Positions 41,866 through 53,437 of a stretch of 64,000 bases of DNA are shown here, one piece after another. The notes under the pieces were generated by a model. It did not search any database. It was not told the DNA's origin and was given only the letters and a program-made list of their open reading frames with translations. The DNA is taken from contig NW_019029009.1 in NCBI RefSeq assembly GCF_002105155.1, positions 62,001 through 126,000 on the forward strand. Direction: 5' to 3'. The first letter of the stretch is position 1. Each line of letters starts with the position of its first letter. A program made the position numbers and the translations under genes. Source of the DNA: Lobosporangium transversale (taxonomy: Eukaryota).

Positions 41866-43177
41866 ATGACCTCCAGCAAGATTTTCAGCAACACCAGCAT
41901 CATCCGTGCCAGCTACGCCAATGACTCCGATGTCACTCTGGCACAGTTCCGAATTGAGACTAATGATATTGACGTCTCTAAGGTCGCGCCTGGCGATATC
42001 ATTCTTCGAAACCTCTACCTGTCCTTGGATCCCTGTAAGTATTTTTATTATTATTATTATTATTGGCATTCCTTATTCCCATATCATCGATCCTAACCGC
42101 CTCAGCTTTTTTTTTCTTTGCTTGCTATAGATGTCCGCTTTACTCTGAATGAAACTGGCGGTGATACGCCCGCTTCCTGGCGCCTCCTTAACGTTCCATT
42201 CTATGGTCTCGGTATTTCAGAGATTATTGCCTCAGGAGAGGCTGTAGCGACGAAATATCCAGTTGGAGCATTGGTTTCGGGCAACGTAGGGTATGAACAA
42301 TATACACGGATCTCTGGACTGGATGATCCTAAAACGCAGACTGACCTTCGCATCTTGCCTGCGCATGCTCGAGATGAAACCAAAGGCGTGCCGCTTTCGT
42401 ACTATATCAGCGCATTGGGTATGCCTGGGCTGACAGCCTATGCAGGACTAAAGGTCTTGGACGTAAAGCCTGGAAAGATCATCTTCGTCGGATCAGCTGC
42501 AGGAGGTGTAGGTCAGTTGGTCGGACAGCTTGCTAAGCAGCAAGGTCTTCGAGTCATCGGATCAGGTAAAACAATTAATTATTAAGGAATGTAATGTAAC
42601 GAAGGAGATATATGTCTTATCTATTGCTTTACTAACCTCTCATCTGGTAATTTCCCTTGCACTTTTTTTTTTTTTTTTTTTCCTAAAAAAAAAAGCTGGG
42701 TCGGATGAAAAGGCCGCCTATTTGATCGAGAAGCAGCAGTTCGATGGAGCCTTCAACTACAAGACCGAGGACGCGCGAGAAGCCCTGACTCGACTGGCAC
42801 CCAACGGCATTGACTATTTTTACGACACAGTTGGAGGCGCAATCCTTGATCTTGTGTTAGAGATCATCAATGAACATGGGAAGATTTTATCGATCGGTAT
42901 GATCTCACAAGAGAATGGCAAGGAGCCCTATCCAATCCGCAACCTGAATGCGATTGCTCGAAAAGCTGTGACGATCTATGGATTTATTTATTGGCATCAT
43001 TTACAATATTTCCAGAATGGTGAACTGGACACCACAATCAGATCCTTGCTGGAACAAGGCAAGATTAATTACAGAGAGGAGGTGTTCAACGGTATCGAGA
43101 CTGCTCCTCAGCATTTTATCAACATGCTTAGCGGTAAGTACGCAGGCAAAGTGATCATTAAGATTGCAGATCTATAG
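41866..43177 (+). CDS. NADP-dependent zinc-independent MDR oxidoreductase (PTGR/2-alkenal reductase family)
   Basis: ILRNLYLSLDP(Y), LGMPGLTAYAGL, FVGSAAGGVGQLVGQLAK, IDYFYDTVGG, GKYAGKVII. Three exons. Confidence 0.93.
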
Positions 43178-43744
43178 AAAGCAAATGCTTTGAAAAATAT
43201 AAATGAATTAATAAAAAATAATCTCCATTCGAATACCAACTGAGCTTTTAGTTAAAAAAAAAAAAAAAAAAAAAAAAAGCAATTGATAGAATTGGATAGT
43301 TTAAATATGAAGAACTGGTCGGCACATATTTTAATATCTTTATTTTTGTCTACTTGTATTATATAAATACTTGCTTTCACCAGTCGTGGATCAATTTTTA
43401 GTTCAAAATGCTCCATAGAGAGCAACTCAAGCAACGGGGCCATCATTCAGGACTCGGTGCATTTTCTTTTAGAGACCTAATTGCTTTCGGTTATTTCTCT
43501 CTTCCTCTTCTTCCACTTTCTGACTTCCAGTCTCCTCTTTTTTTTCCATTTTCCTAATGACCCTTTGCTAATTCTGCTTTCTTTTGCAGACATAATTCCC
43601 CTTCCATTTGTCTCTCCACCTCTATCTATTTCATTCACTTCACCTCCATCCCTATTACCTTATCCTTATTCGTCAATTACTCTTTACTTCTTATTGTCTA
43701 TTTTAGCAAAAAGTAAAAAAAAAAAAAAAAAAAAAAAGCACAGT

Positions 43745-46046
43745 ATGCGACCCACAACACTACCCCTGATCTTGACAGCAGCAGCAGTGACCTTGTCTAC
43801 AATGACAATGATCTGCAATGGACAGTCTGCTTTATCATCATCTCCTCCTTCAGGCAGCAAGGATCACCCAGGGATCGCTTATGGCAAGGAATCCAGAACA
43901 AACTCCATCCATTTCTTTGTTCCTGGTTCTGAAGCAGTGCAACAGTTTGCCAGTAACAACAAGGATGGAAAGCATAAGAATAATGAGAGCGGAAATGCTT
44001 TGATAGCTCATTCTGTGGTACCTGAATACTCCCCACCTAATCATGCTCGGCCCTATCACAGAATCCAACAACAACAACAACAACAGGTCAGACAACATCA
44101 AAGGAGAACACATGAGTGGAGAAGACGTAGAGTGAGACTAGGTCCTCGTCGGCTTGCGGGCGAAAGGCGAGCTGACCCTGCTATTCCGACAGAGAGTGAT
44201 GATAGTGGTAGTGGCAATGAGAGCCTTTTGGATGAGCTGCCAGACGATTCGGCTCCTCCACAGCAGAGTACCTCTGCTTCCGATAATGATGGTAAGAGAT
44301 GTTTCGATTATAGAAACACGAAGAAAAAAAAAAAAAAAAAAAAAAGGAGAGAAGGAATGGGATCAGGCATCCGTATTTTTATTATTATTTTTATCCATGC
44401 ATGTGCATGGTATAGGTCTGCATATACTTTCTGCAGGCCCTTTTTTTTTATTTTTATACGAGAAAGTGAGGAAGTAGGTTGAAAGTTCATCAGAAGTCAG
44501 GAGAAACTATTTGACTCTTTAAATCAAGAGTGGTTTTATTTAAGAACTGTTCCGTCCCTTCTTGAATCACTTCCTCCCCACCTCCTTTTTACCTGCCTGT
44601 TTTTCATGGTTCGTACTCTCCTACTGTACAATAAGAGTCCTCTAACTTGTGCACGAGCCACTGTTGTAAACACGAGCAAAATAATAATGATCATGTAGAC
44701 ATGTAGAATGACGGGACTAATTTCATTTAATTAAGTGGTTGGACCTTTTACACAAATACCCAAATACAAATTACTAATGCCAACAACTCGTAAAAATATC
44801 TATCTATATCTACATTTATATTAATGCGTTTCTTTTAGTTCCAGCACCCTCTGAAGCTCCTATCTCTCCTTCTTCAGCATCTCCACCTCCTTCTTCACCT
44901 ACTCCTGAACCTGAACCTGAACCTGAGCCAGAACCAGAACCAGAACCAGAACCATCTTCTGCACCTATCGCAGAGCCACAGCCCTCGGCGACCAAGGACA
45001 CTGAGCCAGTCCCTGCACCGACATCGCCTGCACCAATTGCCACTATCACCTCTGATTTGTCTGCTACGGCACCCGAGCCTCCGACTGGATCCTCTGACTT
45101 GCCCGATCCTAATTCTGGAAACACTGCTAGCTCAGGATCAGGAAACAATGTATCAGATCCGAATAACGGCCAAGGATCCGATAACAGTAATACCCACTCC
45201 ATCAGTGATAACAAATCCAGCAGCGATGCAAAGACTAATGAAAAAGCAGGGGGAAGCAATGTTGGTGTAATGATTGGTGCAATTGTTGGCGCGATTGCTA
45301 TTGCAGGCGCTATTGGCGTTTGGGTCTTCCGCAAGTGGAAGTTATCGGTAAGTATATGCATTGATGTAAAAATAAGCGCTTGCATCTCCCTTGGCTCACT
45401 AGCTCTTTTGCTCGCCCTTTTTTTTTTTTTTTTTTAGCCTTCACGTCAGTTCAAGAGTAAGATTTCAGGTGGGACCACAGTGGGCAGCGGCAGCTGTATT
45501 GCATCTACAAATGTCGCAGGCGGGACAGGCGGCACAGGTGGAGCCTATGCCTCTAGTCATGAGGAGATGACAGAATACACACAGAGCTACGATAACATCT
45601 ATCATCTTCATGGCCAGCAGCAACTTTCTTCTGCCATGTCGAGTCCCTCTGTCGCTTATCAACATGAACACAGCCAACATCATAGTCCATATGCTTACCA
45701 TCAAGAATATGATCAGTACCAACAGGATTATCATCAACAAATGCAAGGTTACTCACAAGACTATCAACCAGATTACACTCAGGACTACTCACAACAACAA
45801 TATCCTCTTCCTCTGAACCCTCAACACCATCAAGCTCATCTGACCATGTCGGATAACCCAGATTCTGTGACAGATTATGGACAGTACCGGCAGGGTCATG
45901 CAGGTAGCACAGCCGGCACAACTGCAGCGCCGTCCCATGGTGCTGGCACTACGGGAGGGCTCCCACCAGCAGGCCATAACATCTCTGCCTATGGATCTGA
46001 CGATTACGTCCAAAATGATCAATTCTTGCGCGAGCTTCGCGAGTAA
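43745..46046 (+). CDS. Type I single-pass cell-surface protein (Mid2/mucin-like architecture)
   Basis: Signal peptide MRPTTLPLILTAAAVTLSTM, an S/P/E-rich ectodomain with (PE)n, TM segment VGVMIGAIVGAIAIAGAIGVWVF followed by RKWKLSPSRQFKSKI, and a Y/Q-rich tail ending FLRELRE*. Exons 43745-44291, ~44839-45347, 45438-46046. Confidence 0.75.
44904..44954 (+). repeat. Hexanucleotide repeat (CCTGAA/CCAGAA) encoding (PE)n
   Basis: cctgaacctgaacctgaacctgagccagaaccagaaccagaaccagaacca. Confidence 0.9.
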
Positions 46047-46429
46047 AAAAAATCCAAACCATTTTATCATAAACAGTTTTATCTACTTCATTCTATAAGA
46101 CATTTGCCATACATATGCATTTTCTTTTATTATTATTTATTTACGCCTCATGATTTTATTCCCTGAATAAAATACTTTCATTCTAGTGTACAGATGGACG
46201 GTTTGATTTTGGTATTTTGTTACTGCAGTTTTGATTCTTCACTGAATATAAGATGTACATGGACATATTGTAACTAGTGTTGATTTTGAAAGGTGAAATG
46301 AATCTGATGCTGATTTGATGTTAGCTTATGTGCAGGTGCTGGAAAAAATAAATGACATCAGGGTTCTCTCGTAACATCAATGGATGATAAAATGTCTCGA
46401 ACGACAGAAATGTTTGCTTTTTTCTCCAT

Positions 46430-49400
46430 TCAAGTCGAGACGCCCTCAACCAGTGATGATCCGTCTCCACATGTATCAGCCTTGTAGACTTCTGAAGCGT
46501 CTGCAGTTGTTGATACAGGTGATAGTTCTGCTGCTTCCATCTCCGACAATGAGTCTGAGAGTGAAGCTGTGTCAATGGATTGTATTGACTTTGCGTCCCG
46601 TTGGCAATGACGATGGCGACGCTGATGGCGATGCTGTTGGGCATACTGTGTTTCTGTTTCGCCCTGTTCCTGCGACGACGATGATGACACACCAAGAGCC
46701 TTAGCAGTCTCCTCCAAACATGTAACTGCCTTGTCGAAGTCTTGATCGTTGACCATGATGTAATCCGAACTAAATGTGCTCAGATAGAAGAGCCCAATAC
46801 CATCATCACTCAATGGTCTAGTGAACTGACATACGGTTCCACATTCATCAAACCCAAGTGGGCCATCGCCGATCGAGATTGGACGCCAATTTCCCGCTTG
46901 AGTGTTGAGGGTGTGGTCTGGGAACAAACTCATGGTGGCATCATCCATGATAATACTGAGGGTTGAATCAGTCTGAGTGAACGAGAAAAAACGACTTTCT
47001 CTATTTTTTTGGAGGGGTTTTCACAAGTTGAGAAACAAGTTATTTTAAAATCCTATCCAGTACAAGCTTTCCTGTTGTCTTCTCATGAGATGTACATACC
47101 TATTATCAAAAAAGATGGATTCAAGCAATCGAATAGCTAACTGATCCATCAGACCATGCTCCATGCTTGTAATATGCAGTCGATGTGGATAGTTAGCTTG
47201 ATAAGGTTGCCTAGCTCTTGCAGCCCTTGCTCCGTCCTTGAGAGATAATGACGAGATCAATGACGGGTCTAGTCCCTGAATGGTCGTATCAAGAACATGG
47301 CTTCCATGGCCGCTTGCCAACCCACTACTGGGCCCACTCGTTGCCTCACTTCCAATACCACTGTCTTCGCACCCGCTGCTGCTTTGAGCATCATCTGCTC
47401 CATTTTCACAGCGGCCATCCAATCCAACTGAAAGACTAGATTGACGCCCTCGCGTCATGGCTGCTCCAACCAAAAGTGCATCTTGAAGCGATGTGATCTC
47501 GGAGGGACAGGTTGGAAAGCTTTCGTCCCAAGACTGTAAGTCTGATGGTTGTAAGCCAACATCCTCTAATGGATTATTACTTATGGTAAACGTGTTGGAG
47601 AGACACTCGAGTGCTCGAAGAAGGTCGCATTCAGGTAACAGCGTAAAGTCTGCGTCATAGGTAGATATTTGCCTGTATGCATATAGACGTCAGCATCGAG
47701 AATAAAGGGAGATAAAGAGGTCAGATTCATTTGTATTGTTAGATTATGCAAGTGTGGATTCTTTTTTATCGTTGTCTTTGTCAATGAAGGTCATTGTCAA
47801 ATCTATTGTTGATGTGTATATTTTGGGTTTTCCTTGTGCTCAGACAGAATTTTTGCACATTCACACCGCTTCGCCTGATGGAAAAAAAGATTTAAAGTTT
47901 ATGACCTCATCGAATTGTGGAATTGTGCAGGGAAAAAGGAGGGAAGAGATGTTTGAGAGTTTAGATAAAATGAGATGTGTCTGATTGCTTCACAAAAGAG
48001 GTAGAGGATGACAACACAGGAAAAAAAAAAAGCGTCGGAGAACTTCATTGTTTGGTCGCATGAAATGAAATGAAGAGGCAAGACAGGTTTTGCGAAAGGG
48101 TCGGAAGAAAAGATTTCCCCAGTATTGCGCGCATTGTTGCATTATTTGCATTGCATTCTCATGAACACAAGCACACACACAGACTCCAGATCGCGTTTGC
48201 ATTTCTCTTTTGATGGTGACCCAGCTCTGGATTGTTGATCTGCAGCCCCCCAATCATTCTATTAAACTGCCCTTCATTCTATCGCCTTCTTCTGAATACT
48301 TTCAGGGGATTATTCCACTTCGAAATTCGCTCATTTTCCTTGACGCAAGCGTCATTCATGTCACCATTTGCTCTTCACACTTATTTACTTTCCATAGTGA
48401 ACAAGCAGCATAAAAAAGGGTTTACAGGCTTGCACAGTCAATGATGAATGATGTAGACTTACATGATGGAGACATTAATGTCTGCCAAGGGCTTTGAGAC
48501 TTGAGAGACCACTTCCAAGGCGCCTATTTACAAAAAGCACAAGTTAATGAAATGACTAATTTAGTGGCAATCATGATGGGTACCGACTTCCTTTCCTCCG
48601 TCTCCTTTGAGCAATGTTAAAAATTGAAGAGGAGGCGAGAAAAATAGACAAAGGGGGTAAAGAGCACAGAGCTGAAAAAAAAAAAAAAATAGCAGTAGCA
48701 GCAAACGGTTCAGAGTAGGGGACCCTGCCCATATCCAAATGCATCTCTTTTTTTATATTTGAGCGCTTATTCTGAATGTCCCCCGATCTTTCCATAACCC
48801 AACTTTGTAATTTTATTTTTCAACCGCGCCTTTCCGTCTTTTTTTAGTGTTATAGAAAGACCGTGCTATAAGCATAATAGGCATGATAGAAACATGGTAA
48901 TGAGATCTTACCGAGGCCCGACTCGCCAGGCTCGATCTGTACAGCCCGCCATATCACATTACAGATACTGAGTGTGTCCTCGGGAAATCCAGAGAGATGT
49001 GTCTCATCCAGGATGAGCGAGACTTCTTTGTCGGTTTCTGTGTACGAAAAAAAGTGTTGTGGCCTTTTTTTTTTAGTATTTGTTATTGTGGTTGTAGTTG
49101 GTGTTGTAGTTGTTTGTCGGAGTAGGTGTCGTGAAGATAGAAAAAGATGAATTGTTCGAGTAAACAGTTCAAGTGAGATGAGCAGGTCATCCAGAATGCA
49201 GAAAAAGAGGAAGGAATAGACGGAATAAAGAAAAGTCTCCAAGTTAGTCTATGGTAGCGAAGATGATGATGCATCACATATACTGAAAAAAGCTAGAAAT
49301 CAAAAAAAAAAAAAAAAAAAAAAAAAATCAGTCTACGCTACCCTGCTGGGAATAAGACAAGCTTCATGAGTTGATGTGTGCATCGCGGAATATCTGCTTT

Positions 49401-49448
49401 TTCGATTGACGCCAGTTTAAGACGAAATGGAAGTATATCGACAATCAT
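46430..49448 (-). CDS. CASTOR/GATS-like tandem ACT-domain protein
   Basis: MIVDILPFRLKLASIEK...LMKLVLIP; HFFSYTETDKEVSLILDE; WRAVQI; VVSQVSKPLADINVSIM|QISTYDADFTLL; RFFSFTQTDSTLSIIMD; WRPISIGDGPLGFDECGTVCQFTRPLSDDGIGLFYLSTFSSDYIMV, matching the CASTOR1 ACT4 pattern. The exon 1/2 junction is uncertain. Confidence 0.88.
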
Positions 49449-50010
49449 CTTTTGTCGCTTTGATCTTTTGATGCTGGTGGATTATAACAGTAAAGTTGTG
49501 TCGTAATAAACTGGTAGTTAAAACGAAAGCTGAATGAACAATGACGGTTTAAAGAAAATGAAAGAATAAAGGACAAGTAAATCGTGGACGCGTTCGAGAG
49601 AAAAAAAAAATGTATAAAAAAAGGCTTGATTTAACAGTAAGAGTGGTGTAGGAGTGAATGATGATATCGATCAAAGAAGAAGTCGAGTAGATTGGATGAA
49701 AAGATGCTCGCTAAAAGATTGTGAGAAGAAGAGGAAGGAAGAGATGGAGAGCTTGGTAGTTCACGAGAAAGAGAAGAGGAGTGGTAGCAAAAAGAAAAAA
49801 GTGGGAGCAAGTAAAGACTAGGGTGCAACAAAGCTTCTATTTTGCATTTATAAAAAATAAAAAAGGAAGCATGCGTTTAGTGTGTGCCTGGCTTTGTGTC
49901 TATCACTGCTATTGAGAATAGAAGAAGCTAATGAAGAAGCTAAATGACAATGAGAGAACAAGATTGAATGGCGTTTTGAATTGTTGGGAGAAAGAGGAAA
50001 AAAAAAAAAA

Positions 50011-50018
<8 letters not shown>

Positions 50019-50043
<25 letters not shown>

Positions 50044-50044
50044 A
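50019..50044. repeat. (AG)n microsatellite next to a poly-A tract
   Basis: agagagagagagagagagagagagaa. Confidence 0.85.
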
Positions 50045-51406
50045 AGGAGACCATGGTGCCAGACTAAAAAGAACGTTCACGCTAATAATGTAACATTCAC
50101 TCTTATTGCACACTCATGAAATGTATATGCAGTTATATATATACATAATTACTATGTTCTTTTTTGCAAATGCATGCATGGATGTAAATACATGTTCAAT
50201 ACATGAAATATATACATGGACGAATGTAAAGTCAAGTAGAGTTGACTCCGTTAAAAGTATAATGAGAGTATATCACTCTATGATGAGCGATCATCGCTTT
50301 GATCCAGTGCCGTTCACAAAGGACCATGCCCAAAGCTCATGATTTTCCGCCTGTTTACCTCCCCTTTTGTCCCTCGTGCAACCATGAACCATGGAGAGAA
50401 AGATGGACAAAGAGCACAAAGTCGAAGAGAAATCTAGTCGCAAGGAGACACAGACACAGAGATGCGAGACAACACAAACACTCACTGAGTCCGAGATTTG
50501 CATGTAATAAATAACATGCAAGTAGATACAAATTCAAGCAGACTCACTTGATCATTCTCATCGATGCATGTCATGTCATTTGATTCATGACCTGACCATG
50601 TTCATCAGATTAAAGTCCTTCATGGCACATTGCTACACTACCTTTGGTCTGCGCAGAATAAAAAAAAAACTGCGCATAGTAAGAGAACTAATGCAAATTC
50701 AAACTGGCTAAACGCTGAAGAATGCTACTCAACACGGACTTGCGCCCACACTCTTTTGATAGAAGGTCAGATAGCAAAGTTTTTAATCAATGATGTTTAT
50801 AATGTTTACACCCTACAATGTTATTTTTTTTTTTCAGTGCAAAGATAGACAAATTATGCTCATTGAACTCACTTTTTGATAATCGCGTCATGCCATGTCT
50901 CTTGTTCAAAACAGTGTGGAGGACGCGTGAGGACGCGTGGCTGCACGAGACACAAAGGCAATTCGATTCATGCCAACTTTTTTCTTTTCTTTTACAGGTA
51001 CACACTCTCATGCACACACACAAAGTTTATCATGACTCCCCCACTTTTTTCCGTGTGAACATAGAGGTGCGAATGACGTCAAAGTCCAGAGAGGTTCCTG
51101 ATCTTTTTAGTGTGCTTCGTTCCTTGTTATTCTTACACTATCTCATTTCATCTACTAAAAACAACAAAGAGCTTCTACATGTCGCACCATGTGCTCCTAT
51201 TCTCGTCTCTCATTTTTTGGGTCAAAAGCCAACCATTCCTTAATTCACCAACTATGTAAGTAAAACATCAGTTAAATAAAGCTAGCCTACTCCCTTAGAA
51301 TTTTAGCAGCAAAAAATAAGAGAACTTGGAAGAGCAAGGCAAAATGATGAGACAAAGGAGACAAGGACAGCACTATTATGGTTATTTATATTAGTATTTT
51401 ACAATC

Positions 51407-52620
51407 TTAAATGTTATTATAGCCATGACTCCTGACAGGTTGGTCATCATAGGCCTCCATCTGGAAGTCGTTGTTCCTGTCTTTATAGATGAATGCAGAT
51501 GTAAAAATAAAAAATTAGGACTTCTTAATCAAACGATTAAATAAAGCAAGAGAAACATTGTATCTTCAATTTGTCACATCAGCTGCGATTTTTTTTTTAC
51601 TTCGCCCAGAAGACAGTATTTTTTCATGCCCATTTTTTTAAATCACTTACCATCTACAACTCTGCTCCATTTCTGAAGCTTTTCCTTCCTCATACGACGC
51701 TGATAAATCACAGCACCAAAGTAGATCAAGACCAGAAGCCCTACTACCGGCAAAATCACTTGCCATGCTGAAAATCCACCTCCAGAATTGACTTCACGAT
51801 GGAGCAATTGGCAGGTCTTGTTCTCGGACAGGTCTCCAGATTCAAACTCACACCGAACTGCTGTCGCATTGGCTGCAGGGATCGGTGAGTTGTTTTCATT
51901 GAGACCCAAAGCTAATGGATTGCATTGCCAAGAAGAGGTGCATTGTTGGCCCAAGATGGGTCTAAGCAAACACTTGCCCATCATGCACGCCAGATGTGGC
52001 TCACAATTTGAGAATGCAGTGTACCAGTTGGTCCTAGTTTGATCATATCTGGATAAAAGTAGGTTCTTGGGCAGTGTTCCTTGGATGAGATCGTATACCA
52101 TCATGGCTAGACCGGTAGTCTTGGGAATGGGAAAAAGAGAGCAGTTTGCATTTAATTGAGAGCGTTGCCCGGACCAGCCGGGAACCGATGGAATACCAGA
52201 GTCGTTTCTGGAAAGAATGTAACCCCAGTTGAGTGATTTATCTAAACACACTAGGCCATCCTCGAGAACAAAACACTCCTTATTGTCACCACAGTAAGGC
52301 ATCGTCAGACAATCAATTGTACCGGGCGGATGTGGGTTTTTCGCCGGTCCTGGTGTCGGAGTGGCTGGTATTAGCGGCTCTGCTGTCGTTGTTGGTGAGG
52401 GCAGGTCTGTAAGCGAAAACGAGGTCGTAGGTTCACCACTAAAAGGCGGTGATGGCATTGTTGGTAGCGCTGTCTCTTCTGTTGCTATCGTTGTCAATGT
52501 TGTTGAGCCAGTGTCCTGCGCACGAACCCTTGAGATAAGCAAGATGCTTATACAAGCGACAAAGAAAAGTCGTCGGGTTTTTGCTAAAACGGCTCTCCGT
52601 AAACAAGTGCAATCACGCAT
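51407..52620 (-). CDS. Uncharacterised type I membrane protein with Cys-rich ectodomain
   Basis: Signal peptide ending ...LLISRVRAQD, a T/P-rich stalk, Cys clusters (CLTMPYCGDNKECFVLEDGLVC; NCEPHLACMMGKC...GQQCTSSWQC), and TM segment VILPVVGLLVLIYFGAVIY. The intron after VVD| joins a last exon DRNNDFQMEAYDDQPVRSHGYNNI* (stop 51409-51407). Confidence 0.75.
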
Positions 52621-53212
52621 TTTGGATAAAAGCCAACGAATATCTTGTAGTGAGAGACAAAGCTTGGATTTCCTGAAAAAGTATATAAAATCACAGCCCT
52701 GGAATAGATTGATTGAATGTGATGAAATGCACAGTGAAAATTCAATTAGATCAAGGAGCTAGCATCGCAAAGTCGTAAAGTGTGACGACGGACAGAAAAA
52801 GATCTATAACAGAGACAATCGGAATGCGAGACGTGAAGCACAGTTAGATGAGTGGATTAGGATGGATGAGAAAAAAGTGATGAGGGATTGTAGAGATATC
52901 TTATTGAACGGGTCGCAAACCATTCCGCCTAAATTTAAGATTTTGTTTTCTGAGAGCTTTGCCTACTCACACCACGACACACACTCAAGCTAAGCTGTCA
53001 TCCAACCTTTTTTCCGTAACTCACAGTTATTCCGAATGTTCAAATACAAAATAAATCGGACTAAAGAGATATAAAGTGATGACTACTTGTCATATCAACC
53101 TGAATACTGAATTAGCCTCCCTTTCATAAAAGAAAAAGTCGTTGGCTTTGTAATCAACAGGAAGTTATGAGACTATGTGACACAAAGATCATGTGGGAAA
53201 AAGCGCAAAACT

Positions 53213-53297
53213 TGGGCACAGTGGGATTCGAACCCACGCGTTCCAGGAACATTGTGTCTTAAGCACAACGCGTTAGACCAGACTCCGCCATATGCCC
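53213..53297 (-). tRNA. tRNA-Leu, anticodon UAA, intronless, long variable arm
   Basis: Minus strand GGGCATA-TG-GCGGAGTCTGGTCTAACGC-G-TTGTG CTTAAGA CACAA-TGTTCCTGGAACGC-GTGGG TTCGAAT CCCAC-TGTGCCC-A. All stems pair, A and B boxes are present, and T-runs follow downstream. Confidence 0.95.
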
Positions 53298-53437
53298 AGA
53301 ACCATAATCAATTGCCGAGACTCTTGATTGGCTGGAAGTTGAAAACTCTTGTACATACACATTATTATATTCCTAGATTCATCATGTGATCGAAGCTTGG
53401 CTTTATGTCACGTGAAATACTAGCACCTAAGAAATGA

